Shown here piece after piece: positions 40,473-51,941 of a DNA stretch of 64,000 bases. The stretch is taken from positions 85,250,001 through 85,314,000 of the forward strand of contig NC_067404.1 of the NCBI RefSeq assembly GCF_016432865.1, in the 5' to 3' direction. Under the pieces are notes generated by a model, which did not search any database, had not been told where the DNA came from, and worked only from the letters and a program-made list of their open reading frames with translations. The number at the start of each line of letters is the position of its first letter. Position 1 is the stretch's first letter. The DNA comes from Antechinus flavipes. Lineage: Eukaryota. A program made the position numbers and the translations under genes.

Positions 40473-43400
40473 ATGGAGGTCAGAGGGCAACTCATCAGCT
40501 CCCCAAGCTACAACTGTCCAGGTACAAACCTCAGGGTGGGGGTGGGGGGGAAGGCCTCCAGGGCACCCAAGGGGATGGAGACCCTGGGTGGCAGGGAGAC
40601 ACTGAATCCCCAGGGTGTGGTCCAGGATCCTGGCAGGGTGGAGGCTTGAGGGCCTGCAGACTGCCTCCAGCCTGCCCCCTGGCCCACTGAACAGCACTTC
40701 CCCTGGAAGAGAGCCCCCCAGTGAAGGTGGAGAGACTTCGGGTGCTGCTGGAACGGCAGCGGGGCCTACAGGAGACCCTGACTCTGAAGCTTCGAGAACT
40801 CCGGAGGGTGTGCCTGCTGGAGGCGGTGGGTGAAGGGACCCTGCTGCTTGGGATGGAAGGCAGGCCCCACCATAATCTCCTTCCCCTACTATGGGAGCCC
40901 CCACAATGGCCCCCTTCTCCCACTACGGGAGCCCCCCCCAATGGCCCCCTTCTCCCACCATGGGAGCCCCACAATGACCCCCTTCTCCTACTGTGGGAGC
41001 CCCCCACAATGGCCCCCTTCTCCCACTAGGGGAGCCCCCCACAATGACCCCCTTCCCCTACTATGGGAGCCCCCCACAATGGCCCCCTTCTCCCAGTACG
41101 GGAGCCCCCACAATGGCTTCCTCCCACCATGGGAGTCCTCCGATGACTCCCCCGATGACTTCCTTCTCCTACCATGGGAGCCCCTGTGATGACTCCCTTC
41201 CCCCACCACAGGAGCTGACAGGCCGACTGCCTGCCGAATACCCCTTGGAGCCTGGGGAGCAGCCTCATCCCATCCGGCGCAAGGCTGCCCCTCTCCCCCC
41301 TCAGTCCCGGGGACTTTGTCCCTCTGGGGTGAGTGTCTTAGGTCCCTCAGGAGGGGGCACTGGAAGAGGGACCAGAACCAAGGGTGTGGAGGTTGGAAAT
41401 AAGAGGACAAAGTCCAGAGGGCCAGCCGTAAGAGCCGGCGTTGGCTGGGAGGGTCAGAGTTCCAAGCACAAGGACCCATGTTCCCCTTTCCCTTGGTCCC
41501 TCCTGGGTTGCAGATGCTTGCGCTGGAGACGCTTGAGAGAGAGGTGTCGGTTCAGAGGCAGATCGCCGCCGCCGCCAGACGCCTGGCCTTGGCCCCGGAG
41601 CTGAGTGTGGAACAGCGGCGGCGGCGGCGGCAGGTCCAGGCGGATGCGTCTCAGAGACTTCTGGAACTGGAGGAGCAGCTGAGGGCTAGCCGGGCCCTCC
41701 TGGGCCTTCCGCTCACCCTGCTTCCCGGCCAGACCCAGCCTCCTCTGCCGGGCCACGGAGGTCCCGGACTCCCCGGGCTCAGGACCCGAGTGGCCCAGCT
41801 CAGCCAAGGTGAGCGGGGTGCCCGGCCGACCGGCCGACTAGCTGGTGGGGATCGGCCGAGGGGTGGGCGACGGGCCTAGGGGGCCGGCGGTTCCAAGGGC
41901 GGCCTCTACCTTCTTCCCCTAGATGATGCCTCTCGCTCGGAGAGCAGCTCTCTCTCGGAGTCGGCGAGCCACGAGAACGGTGAGTGTGATCTGTGACGGA
42001 GGGCTGGGAGGAACCGGGAGCCCAGCTGCCCTACCAAAACGTCCCCCGTCTCTCCTCGCCCTCAGAGGACCCCCACGGCGAGCGGCCCTCGCTCCCCAAG
42101 GCCCGGGACCAGCTGCGGGCATCCATATCGGCCGGGGGCAGCCCCGAGCGTAGACAGCCCTGGAAGGCGACCCCTCCTCCGCCGGTCGCCGAGCTCTACG
42201 GGGACCTGAAGAGCCGGAGGAACTCGGTGGCCAGCCCTACCAGGTGATCATGTGGGAGAGTTGGACGGTTGAAAGAGAGGGTCCTTGAGGTGGTAGGAGG
42301 AGTGCCCCTCGTGCCGCCGGCTCTTCCTGCTGCCAAGTGGCCGCACGCCCCTAATTACCACCCTCGGCCCTCTGCTTTGTCCCCCACTGCCAGCCCCACC
42401 AGGACCCTTCCCAGGAGCATCTCCAGCTTTGAGGGTAGAAGTGTTCCTGCCACGCCCGTCCTGGCCCGGGGCCCCGCGCCCCAGCTCTGCAGGTAAGGCC
42501 TTCCCCCTCCCCTCTTCAGACAAATGAAAGGATGGGAGTAATCGTGTGCTTGAAAGAGCGGTGCAGTGGTTAGAGTGGGAGTTTTGAACCCAGGACCTAT
42601 GGAAAGGTATTGGAGGTAGGGGGTCCAGGGAACAATGAACTCGGATGGGAGAAAGCGGCCTCTTCCACGGGACCAGGTGCCTCAGTCACCTCCCGTTTTA
42701 TTCTGTGCGTTTAAAACCGTGATTCTTCTGAGTGGGGTTCCATGGCTGCCAGAGGAAACCACGTCACCAAAAAGGCAAGCGACTCCCCCGTGGCAAGGTC
42801 TGCCCTCAGCTGGCTCAGAACCAGCTTGCCAACCTGTCACGAGGCAGAAAACGCCCGACTGTCGGCCCCTGATGGGGCTCACGCCTCGTCCGATCCAGAC
42901 CTCCGCTTCAACGAAGGGGAAAACGAGGCTTTGGAGAGAGAAGGCACCTACTCGGGCTTTGACCGGGAGGGAGGGCTGCTGGGGGGGGGGCCCCCTGGTT
43001 CTTTTTCGTGGGCCCCGCCATCTCACTGTGTTCCCCGTCTCTCTGTCCCAGGCTGGAGGGCCTTCACTCGCGCCAGTGGTCCGGCAGCCAGGACTCTCAG
43101 ATGGGCTTCCCACACGCGGACGGCCCCTGGGAGCGGGCTTTCCTCATCTCCGGCCGAACCCGCCGGAGCAACAGCTCCGAGGCCCTGTTGGTGGACCGAG
43201 GCGCTGGGATCTCCGGCTTTGCGTGTGCTCGCCTGCCCCCGGAAGGGCCGCCAGTATCTCCGCCCTGCAAAAGCAACGAGAGTATTTTTGAGCGAGCGGC
43301 CCCGGTACCCCCCCCGGCCTTCTCCTCTCGAACAGCTGGGCCTCCGGACCCTCCCCGGGCCGCCCGGCCCAGCTCGGCCGCCCCTCCGGCTCCCCGGGGG

Positions 43401-44403
43401 CGGCCCCTGCCGGCCTACGGTGACCTCCTGCTGGATTACTACCTGACCCGGGGTGGACAGTGCTGGGCCGAGGGCCCGGGCCCCCTTTCCTGCAGGGAAA
43501 GTCTCCTTGTCTTCTTTCCCCCAGCTCCTTCCACGCTCCAAGGGGACGGCGGAGGTGGCACGGGCAGCCCCCTCCTTCGAGCCAAGGACCCGGCGCCCCA
43601 CGGAGGCCCCGGGCGCGGGCTGAGCGGTCGCGCCAAGTCCGACGACGGGGGCCCGCTGCCCGGTTCCTTCTGGGCGGGCCCCGGGCCGAGCCGTTACCAC
43701 GGTCAGCCGGACCAGGCGGCTGCCGATCCCCGGGTTGGTCACAAGGCTCTGGCCCTCGAGGGCCTCCGGGACTGGTACATTCGAAACGCAGGCTCGACGG
43801 GAGGGGGTCCCGTGGCGGGCCTTCACCCCTCGGCCCGGGGCCTCCTTCCAGAGGGCCAGGCCCTGCATCCCTCCCCGTTCCCCTGGCATCACTCTAGCTA
43901 CCCCCAAGGCCTCCTGCTGCACACTGCCCACGGCACCGCGGCTAGCCCCGAACCCTACCTGGGCTACGCTGGAGTGGCGCTGCCCTCCGCGGCGGCGGCG
44001 GCGGCGGCGGCGACAGCCCTACCTCACTCCCTCAGCTTCACAGCGCCTCCCGTCTCCGGCAGGTACTGAGCGAGGGCGCCCGGGGGAAGGGGGAGCCTTG
44101 GGGTTCCAGGGTGTGGGGAGGTGGGGCCGAGGGGAGCCCGGCAGTCCCTGTCCTCTGTCTGCTGCCTTTGTTTTCTCTAACGCCGATCTCTTCTCTCTCT
44201 GTCTCTGGTTCCATCTGTCTGTCTGTCTGTCTCCCTCTTGCTTCTCTTTTGTCTTTTCACTCCTCCCTCGCCCTTCCCTCACCCCAAGACACTATGCAGA
44301 CTTCCTGTACCCCCCAGAGCTGAGCTCCCACTTAAGTGACCTGGCACTGGAGGGGGACCGGCCCCTGGACTCAGATCCTCGAACCCCAGGGACGTTGGTC
44401 TGA
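40473..44403 (+). CDS. CCDC120: Coiled-coil domain-containing protein 120, 9 coding exons, ~683 aa; a shorter ...VSGRY* form arises if the 44062 donor is read through (stop 44067-44069)
   Basis: Exons: 40473-40521, 40695-40825, 41212-41328, 41514-41808, 41923-41979, 42066-42243, 42394-42492, 43052-44062, 44289-44403 (2052 nt). MEVRGQLISSP, LEREVSVQRQIAAAARRLALAP, LKSRRNSVASPT, ALEGLRDWYIRN, DFLYPPEL...TPGTLV match CCDC120. Confidence 0.95.
40866..41211 (+). repeat. Minisatellite of about 10 units of 33-35 bp filling most of the CCDC120 intron 40826-41211
   Basis: Consensus approximately TGGGAGCCCCCCACAATGGCCCCCTTCTCCCACTA repeated in tandem; the last degenerate unit ends in the CAG acceptor. 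Confidence 0.92.
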
Positions 44404-45346
44404 CCTTTCTGCCCCTGGAGACACTGGTCTGACATCTCAGTAACCCTAGCTCCACCCTGGGGGTGCTGGTCTAGATTCCTAACGTCCCGTCTCCATAAAC
44501 CTTTCCCTGCACGGAACCCAGGGATGCTGCTCCCTCGCCCCACCCTTTGCTTCCTGACCACCGTTCCTCCCAGGCCACCCCCCCGCGACCCATCTGGGTC
44601 CCGGCTGATGTGAACTGTGCAGGGCCCCCCCCTCTTTTTTCTACCTGCTCCAAGGAACTCTGGATATCGATCTGACCTGTGACCTTCCCCTCCCCACTCT
44701 CCCCAGATGGAGGAGGGGGGGCGTGGGCTTTGCGGGGAGGGGCCGGGGCTGGGTCGGACGCCCGCAGGAGAGGCTGGCAGCCCGGAGGCCATCTAACCTC
44801 TCATCCTCCCGTGTCTCCTTTCATTGCCATCAGGCCTCCAGCTGGAAGCAGGTGCCAGGCTCAGCCATTCTGGTTTGGGGGCAGGGGCTAGCCGGCGCCT
44901 CCGGAGACGGGGGGCTTCTGCCCGAGGCAAGATGCCGCTCGGGGGTCGGGGCAGAAGGCCCGGGGGCCACCAGAGGTCCCCTGCGCGCTGCTGTGAAGAT
45001 CCGGGGGGAGGGGGAGACGGGGAAGCTCCTCGGCGGGCAGCCGCGGCCACCCCGCTCCCCGTCAGGATAAAGACTCGATGCCGTCCCGGCCGTCGCGACG
45101 GCGAGGCGGGGATGCCCGCCTGCCCCTCATCTCCTGAGGATGGACGGCACGGCGTCTCCTCTCCAACCTGCACATACGTGTTCTTGCCCCTCCCTCCCAC
45201 CTAGCTCTAGTGCTGTCTCATGTGGGCAGCTTCACTCCCCAGGGGAGGGAAGAGGAAGCTTTCTTTGTGGAGGGAGTACAACGGGCCCCCTGGGTGGGTC
45301 TCTCCGGCCTCCGGGGGCAGCAACACTGGATCATTCGGGTTTCTAT

Positions 45347-45352
45347 AATAAA
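45347..45352 (+). terminator. Putative CCDC120 polyadenylation signal AATAAA
   Basis: Canonical hexamer about 940 nt after the stop, before the TE block. Confidence 0.6.
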
Positions 45353-46047
45353 CAGGTGAATGGTACTGGCCTCCACTTCCCTGACTGTCTCCAGCCTCCC
45401 CCCAAACCTCCTTCCCCTGCCCCTTTCAAGATCAAGCCTGGCATTCCTCAGTCTTTGGCCCTTTTAAGAACCAAAAAGGTGATCTCATTCCTCCAGGAGA
45501 TCTTCTAGTGATCTCACTCACTCTAGGGAATCTCCTTGATTCTAAGTGAGCTCATCCACTCTAGGTGATCTCATTCAAGGCTTTCATTCCATGTCAAAGA
45601 CAGAGACTTGGAACTACGGGGAAAACTGAGGAGGGACTTATGGTAGTCACAGGTCCCAAAAGTCCATGAAAACCAGTTCAAAGCCCCCACCCCCTTAAAG
45701 TTCAACACCAGTGAAACATGAGCTTGTCTTCCGCCCCCTTGTGGTTTCCCCGCAGAGCTCTGGTCCCACCGTGGCTTCAGCCTCCACAACCCTTACTCTT
45801 CCTCCTCCGGCTACCCTGCGCCAGCCGGTTTAACTCCGATCCATGCCCCGTGTTCAAATCTGGTCCCCCCTGCTCGTCGGCAAGCCCCGAGCACCCCCAC
45901 CTTCCTCCACGCTGGCTTCTACTCGCGTGGGGCAGAAAGGAGTCGCGGATCTGGATCGGATGGGTTCGCCACAGACTTTTCTTGGAATCTTCACCGGGCC
46001 CTCACTAAAGCAAGGAGATCCATTTATATCCCCCCATCCACTTGCCG

Positions 46048-46258
46048 GCGAGGTGGCACAGCGGATAGAACACCAGGCCGACCCGAGTTCAAAGTCAGCC
46101 TCGGACGTTTCCTCCCTGTGTGACCCTGGGCAGGTCACTCGACCCCGTTTACCTCAGTTTCCTCATCTGTCAGATGAGCTAGGGAAAGAAACGGCCAACC
46201 CTTCGGGTACCTCTGCCAGGAAAACCCTAAATGGGGTCGCAGCCACCCACAACGAAGG
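46048..46258 (+). mobile_element. MAR1-like CORE-SINE
   Basis: GGTGGCACAGCGGATAGA head, CCTCAGTTTCCTCATCTGT core, GCCAGGAAAACCC tail. Confidence 0.82.
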
Positions 46259-46289
46259 ATCGGCCGGTGCCCATCGGCTCTCCCGCTCA

Positions 46290-47040
46290 CACCCAGGGCC
46301 CTTCCCGACTCTTCCCTTCACCCTCAGGATTTCAGTGGCTCCCCTCCCCCCACCAACCCTGTCAGCTGAGAACCTCAGTCAGATTTCTCTTCCCATCACT
46401 CAGATCTCACCTCACTACTCAATAAACCCCAGTGACTCCATCACCTCCAGGATCAAATCAAGAGCCCCCTCGCCTTTTGCCATCGCCTCACTCCCCACTC
46501 AACTCCTCCCTTCTTCCCACGGCCTTTCCATTCTAACAACTTATTCCCACCCCCAACCGGTAACACTGGCCTCTTGGTTATTCCCGTACAAAGCCCCAGC
46601 AGCTTTCTAAAGCAGTCCCCCGGGCTTGGGTGGCTCCCCCTCCTCTCCCACCCCCTGGCTTCCCTGGCTGCCTTCAGATCTTGCCTCAAATAATGGCCTT
46701 TTCCCCCAGGAAGCTTTTCCTGATTTTCTTTAATTGTAAGGCCTTCCCTCTGTTAAGGAACTCCAAGTATCGCGTCATCTCCCCGTTAACCTTGCCAAGG
46801 GCACCGCCATCCTCCGGGGCGGGCAACTCCTCCCCCTCGCTCAGGCCGATTTTTGTCATCTCGACCTTCCCGGCCTCTCTACGTCCCCGGTCCTTCACTC
46901 ATCCACCCACAACTCTAATTCTGGCCCTCCTGCCCTCAACCTCCCAGGGTCGCTGTGAGAATCAACTGAGGTAACACTGGGAAAAGCACTTAGCACGGTG
47001 TCTGGCACACAGTAGCCATTTAGCAAGTACTTATTCCCTC
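46290..47040 (+). mobile_element. L2 LINE 3' region with MIR-like tail
   Basis: Pyrimidine-rich L2-like sequence (CCTCCAGGATCAAAT..., CTGGCCTCTTG) ending AAAGCACTTAGCACGGTGTCTGGCACACAGTAG. Confidence 0.65.
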
Positions 47041-47044
47041 TCCT

Positions 47045-47350
47045 CTTTCCTTGGTCAGTTATTCTGAGCAGACTCCAACTCTCTGGGACCCTAGTTGGTG
47101 TTTTCTTGGTAGAGATATTGGGCCATGTTGTTTTCGGCCATTTTCGGTTGGGTCTGAGTCTTTGTGATCCCATTTGGGGTTTTCCTGTGATGACGCTGGA
47201 GTGTTCTGCCATTTCTTTTCCCAACTTATTTCACAGATGAGGAAACTGAGGCAAACGGGGTCTGACTGACCAGGGTGATGCAGCCAGTAAATGTCTGAGG
47301 CGAGATTTGAAAACGGGAAGAGAAATCTTCCCGACTCCAGGTCCAGCACA
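47045..47350 (-). mobile_element. MAR1-like SINE(s), reverse orientation
   Basis: TTTGGGGTTTTC...GCCATTTCTTTTCCC...ACAGATGAGGAAACTGAGGCAAAC is the reverse complement of the SINE body. Confidence 0.8.
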
Positions 47351-47369
47351 TCGCCCGTTGCCCTGCCGC

Positions 47370-47900
47370 GCTGCCCATTCCCTCCCCTCTAGACTATCAC
47401 AATACTCTCCGCAGCAGACCGAGGCTAATCTCCCTGCCTTAAGCCTCCCCCCCACCCTCCCTCAGCTATCAAAGCAATTTGCCTAAAGCCCAGAGTTGCC
47501 ACTCTCCTGCCTATAGAGTTCTAGTGGCTCATTAAGCATCGCATATGAAGTCCACCATTTGCACTGCTTGGCTAATTTCCGGTCTTCCTATGGCTTCCCC
47601 CACTTCACAAACTCCTGATCTAGTAATAATCCGTCTCCTTGAAGTCCCCAGAACACGCTCCTTCGTCTCTCATCTCTGTCCCTTTGCCCTTGCACCAGAG
47701 GGTCCCTATTCCTGGAAAGCTCTGTCTCTCCTCTCCACTTCATTTTCTTGATTTTTTCCAAAAGTCAGCTGACATCACACCTGCACGATTCTCTTGCCCT
47801 CTCATCAGGGCCTCCCTTCTTGGGCCATCCCCTGTGCCACCTGCCTCTGTTTGTATCAGCCTTTCTGGGCGTTTTGCCCCCGTGCCCTCCGTGTTTAACT
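47370..47900 (+). mobile_element. L2 fragment
   Basis: CTAAAGCCCAG...CACTCTCCTGC...CAGTGGCTC-type L2 3' sequence. Confidence 0.5.
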
Positions 47901-48269
47901 GAGGCGTAACTGCCGCCCCGTTTCCAGTGGTCTTTCCTAGCGGGTCCTCAAAGAGCCAGGAGTGCCTACCCGGATTTCACAATTTCATAAAGTACCGATC
48001 GGTGGCGGAGTCGCCCTGCTAGTCCCATTCATGCATTCTCCAGTTCTAGTCAAACTGGCTGCTTCATTAACTTCCCAGACCATAGAATATTCCACCACCT
48101 ACCTCCAGTTCTTTGTGTCTGCTGTTCCCCCACGGCTGGACTATACTCCCTCTTTACCTTTACACCCTTTGAAAGCTCAAATTTCCTTAAAGACAATTCA
48201 GGTAGCAGCTAGGTTTCTTATCTTCGCAGCTGAATTTCTGAATCAGTTGTCTATAGACAGTCCCGCTGT

Positions 48270-49960
48270 TGAATAACTAGAACAAAGATCACTATTTAGA
48301 CCAGAGGGCAAGAATGAGCAAGCCAAAACGTGGCTGACCTTTAAAGAGCTCCCATTTAACTCCGAGAATGGAAAACTGGGGAAATGGAGAAAGGCGCAAG
48401 CGCCTAAAGGCAGAGTTCTACTTCCTCTGGAGGTGCTGAACTGGCATTCGGGAATTTCCCCAACAAGAAAGCCAAGAGCCTCCGAACTATCTCAAACGAA
48501 ATTATGCTGACACAGAGGGTGATGGGAAAAAGGCAACAAGAGTATTAGCCTATTGTTTTTTTAAAGCTCCTCTATGGGATCACAGAGAAGCAGCCTGACT
48601 CAGTGAACATAGCCACCGAGACCCGAGTTCAAGTCCCAGCTATGTGATCTGCACAAGTCGTAGCATGTCTCGGTGGACCATGTGGAAGAGGCCCTAGCAG
48701 AAGGAATACCCTCACTGAAATCCCAGACCGAACTACAGAATGGAGGATCGTGGCAGATCCGGGATGCTACCATCTCACAAAACAATGAGCGGTAGAGAAC
48801 GGGAAAACGAATTTACCCAAAACATGGCACACAAGTCTATGCTAAGCACGTGGAGATGGGAAGCCGCAGAGGACACAAGAGACAAACCGAAAGTGTCCCA
48901 GACGCTACCACGTCTATAACAAAGTATATTCACCAACCGTGGCGTAGAGTCCTCATCACATTCCCAAAGAACAATCTCTTGGGAAGTAATGGAGAAAAGG
49001 GTTCAAACGACAGGCCTTCAGAGGTGTTAAGGTAGACTTCTGGATACCAATCTTACACATATTATACAATAATACAACCGTGATGGCATAAAACAGAAAA
49101 GTTTTTGCACAAAGTCAAGGCAGCTCAGATTATAAGGGGAACTGGTAAGTGGGGGAATGATGCTCAGCAAGTAGTCTCAAAGGAATAGAGTCACATTTAT
49201 AAGAATAAATAAGAACCATTGCCCATTGAGAAACAGTCAAAGGATGCGCACAGGCAGTTCAAAAAAGGATGAAATCCAAACTTCAAATCACTAACTTGGA
49301 AAAGGCAAAATAAAACAACACCAAGTTCTAGTTCATGCCCATCAGATTGCCTAAAATGATCACCAAAAAAAAAGAGGAAATGACAATTGCTGGAAAGGAT
49401 GTGGGAAAATAGACATTTTGTGGCTCTGTCAGCGGAGCCGGGAACAGGTTCAGCCATTCTGGAAAACAATGTTGACTATTCTTCGAAAGTTAGAAAACCT
49501 TTGACCCAGGAATCCCATTTCCAGGTCTTTGTTCCAAAGGGATCAGAAAAAGAAGAAAAGGACCTATAGGTACAGAAATGTTTATAGCAGCTATCTCTGG
49601 TAACAATGAACAGGAAATTGAGAGGGAGGGAAATGGATCAACAAATTGTAGTATATGAATGTAGTTGCCCAATAGGTGCCATAAGAAATGACAGATGGGA
49701 TGACTCCAAGAGAAGTGATGAGGCTTGAAGGAATGGTGGAGGTGGGCAGAACCTGGGAACAATTTATACAAACACCTAACGTGACCCAGTAAAAGAACAC
49801 TGTAAAGACAGAGCTCTTGGAAAGGCACCAATGCTGACTCCAGGCAGGAAAGAAACATGACCCAGGTGGGAATCTGGCAGGGTGGGCCAGGCTTCTTGGC
49901 TTTTTCTGTTGTTTGTTTTACGGGAGTTGGAGGGAGAGAAAAGAAATGCTAGTTAATCTG
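48270..49960 (+). mobile_element. Old L1 (ORF2 3' half plus 3' UTR), interrupted by a reverse SINE at ~48590-48790
   Basis: Degenerate ORF2 C-terminal motifs (TGCTGGAAAGGATGTGGGAAAA = CW.GCGK; CAGCCATTCTGGAAAACAAT; TTTGACCCAG.AATCCCA). Confidence 0.75.
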
Positions 49961-49964
49961 CAAG

Positions 49965-50400
49965 ATTAAATGAATTAATTCATCATTAACAAATGAACAA
50001 TCTTATTAAAACCATTATATTATTATTTCCATAAGAAATTTTTATTTATTAATTTAGTTTATAATTAATGAACAAATTATGTTTATAATTTATTTTAACA
50101 TAACAGAATGTAATATATTATAGAATATATATTATTGAAATAATAAAATAATTATAAATATATAAATATAATTTGTAATGATATTTACAATGAATAGATT
50201 ACATCTAAAATACACGATAAATCAATAAATTAATAATTGGTAAAATGATTTATTTAAAATAACTTATCATGAATATAAATAAGAAATCACCATTAATTTA
50301 TTAAAAATAAAAATGACAAATAACTGTGAATTGATAAGGGATTGATACATTAATATTTTAACTAAAAATAAGTTTATATAGAATAAATTAACAAGAAACA
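49965..50400. repeat. Extremely AT-rich low-complexity block (~440 bp)
   Basis: Almost only A/T with no clear periodic unit; abuts the CpG island starting at ~50430. Confidence 0.85.
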
Positions 50401-50429
50401 GGTACTGAAGAAACAGACGAGCCCAGACT

Positions 50430-51330
50430 TCATTGGTCAGACTCACAGGTGGAGGCGAGCCACAGGCCGATGCATAGAGCGCTCGACTGCTCTGGCCTCC
50501 CTCTCACTCGGCAATCCACTTACACTATTTCGGGTTAGCGCATGCGCAACCACTTTATGCGCCCACCCCCTTTCCCAGGACCCTTAGAATATCTTTCTCC
50601 TCCTGTCACCTCCTTCCGCCAACCTCCTCCAGAAGGCCGTGCGACTGGAACCGAAAGAGGCCTGGGGGTCGCCTAAATCACCGTAGCCTCGGCTGCGCAG
50701 TCCGCCATCTTATCGCCTTAAACTTAGGTCTGGCATCGCGCGGTGCCTGCTGGGTCTTGTAGTTAGTTCGTCCCTCCGCTCACGGTCGGACTGTGGCCGC
50801 CCCGGAGACCTGACTTGCTTACCTTACCAGGCGGGCACTTCCGAGGAGGCTGAGAGGACTGGCTCGTTCGGGAGGAAAACCGCAGAGTCGGTCTCCTCGA
50901 GCACGTGCCGAGCAACTAGAGCGTGCAGAGAAGGACAACGCCTGCGCTGCCAGGCGGGAGCGGGAGCTCTCCCTCCGTCTTCCCACCCCCTCCATCCCCC
51001 GCCTTTGAACCTGCGCACAACTCCTCCCGCTTGGGGAGGTTCTGTGGGAGCCGCCGGAGCTCGAGAAAGAAAGCGAACGCTGCCCTTTTCTCATCGCGTG
51101 CCCGAACCCGGTAGCCGTGGGTACCTGGGATGGCCCGCCAGGGGCGCTCGAGCCTTTAGCCTCAAGGAGCTGCTCGGGCTCCTAGTTCGCGTATTTGGAC
51201 AGTTACTTTGTGCGCATGCTCGCTGTCCCACTCTAGACGCGGGCGAGTCTGAAAAAAAAAAAAAAAACCGCGTCCAAGCTTTGTGGCTAGGCTGCGCGTC
51301 ATGTCACGCCACGCCATTTCTACGCCACTC
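50430..51330. promoter_or_regulatory. CpG island with NRF1/YY1/E-box motifs (former GPKOW promoter)
   Basis: GCGCATGCGC 50538-50547, TGCGCATGCT 51211-51220, YY1-like AAGATGGCGG over the relic ATG, CACGTG 50902-50907, and high CpG density. Confidence 0.78.
50570..50708 (-). pseudogene. GPKOW: Disabled exon-1 relic of GPKOW (G-patch and KOW motifs protein) at its syntenic position
   Basis: Minus strand: ATG GCG GAC (MAD) at 50708 with an in-frame TAG at 50673-50675. The -1 frame gives PQASFGSSRTAFWRRLAEGGD (human, recalled: APISFGFTRTSARRRLADSGD). After another shift it reads EEKDILR (human EEKDFLK). Correct strand and order between CCDC120 and PLP2. Confidence 0.78.
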
Positions 51331-51519
51331 TTCCCTTGTGTTTCCTCCCTTCCTCCCTTCCCACTATGCTCTCGCGTTTGGGGAACGAGGGAACACCTGG
51401 GGGTCGCCCCTTTTCCAAGGGTCCTTGCTAAGGTGACGGATGAGTTCTGGAGACCAGAGTGCTAAATCGCAGGGCTTCTCCCCTTCAGAGCCCCCGACCT
51501 TGGGTGGGAAAGAAAATAG

Positions 51520-51710
51520 GTGCCCACTGTGTGCCAGGCATTGTGTTGAGTCTCGTTTGGCCCTCCCAAGAGCGCAGATAGCTGACAGCTATCACTGTCC
51601 CCATTTGACGGTTGAGGAAACAGGCAAACTGAGCTTTAGCGACAGCCCAGGACTCACACAATAAGTGTCAGAAGCCGGTTTTGAACTTCCTCAGTCCAGA
51701 TTCAGGAGGC
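51520..51710 (-). mobile_element. MIR/MAR-like SINE, reverse orientation
   Basis: CCCCATTTGACGGTTGAGGAAACAGG...GTGTCAGAAGCCGGTTTTGAAC. Confidence 0.65.
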
Positions 51711-51889
51711 AAGACCAGGCAAGCGAGGGTGGAGGCTTCAGCCCAGGGCGTGCTCCAGTGTGAACCACCTGGAGTCTGCTTTGTTTTACACCCCGGGAAA
51801 GCCAATCACTAAAATTCGGGGCTGGACAGTTTGGTCTGTTGCCTAGACTCTAAGAAAGTATTAAGAATGCAGATTAGACTTCAAAGTGC

Positions 51890-51890
<1 letters not shown>

Positions 51891-51941
<51 letters not shown>

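Noticed and set aside
40866-41211. CRISPR-like or coding reading of the tandem repeat
   Set aside because: Head-to-tail units without unique spacers in a mammalian intron; retaining the intron reaches a stop at 41027-41029.
50819-51094. 91-aa minus ORF (MRKGQRSLSF...) as a protein-coding first exon
   Set aside because: No recognisable homology and no downstream coding exons; typical of chance ORFs in CpG islands. Kept only as a possible non-coding exon.
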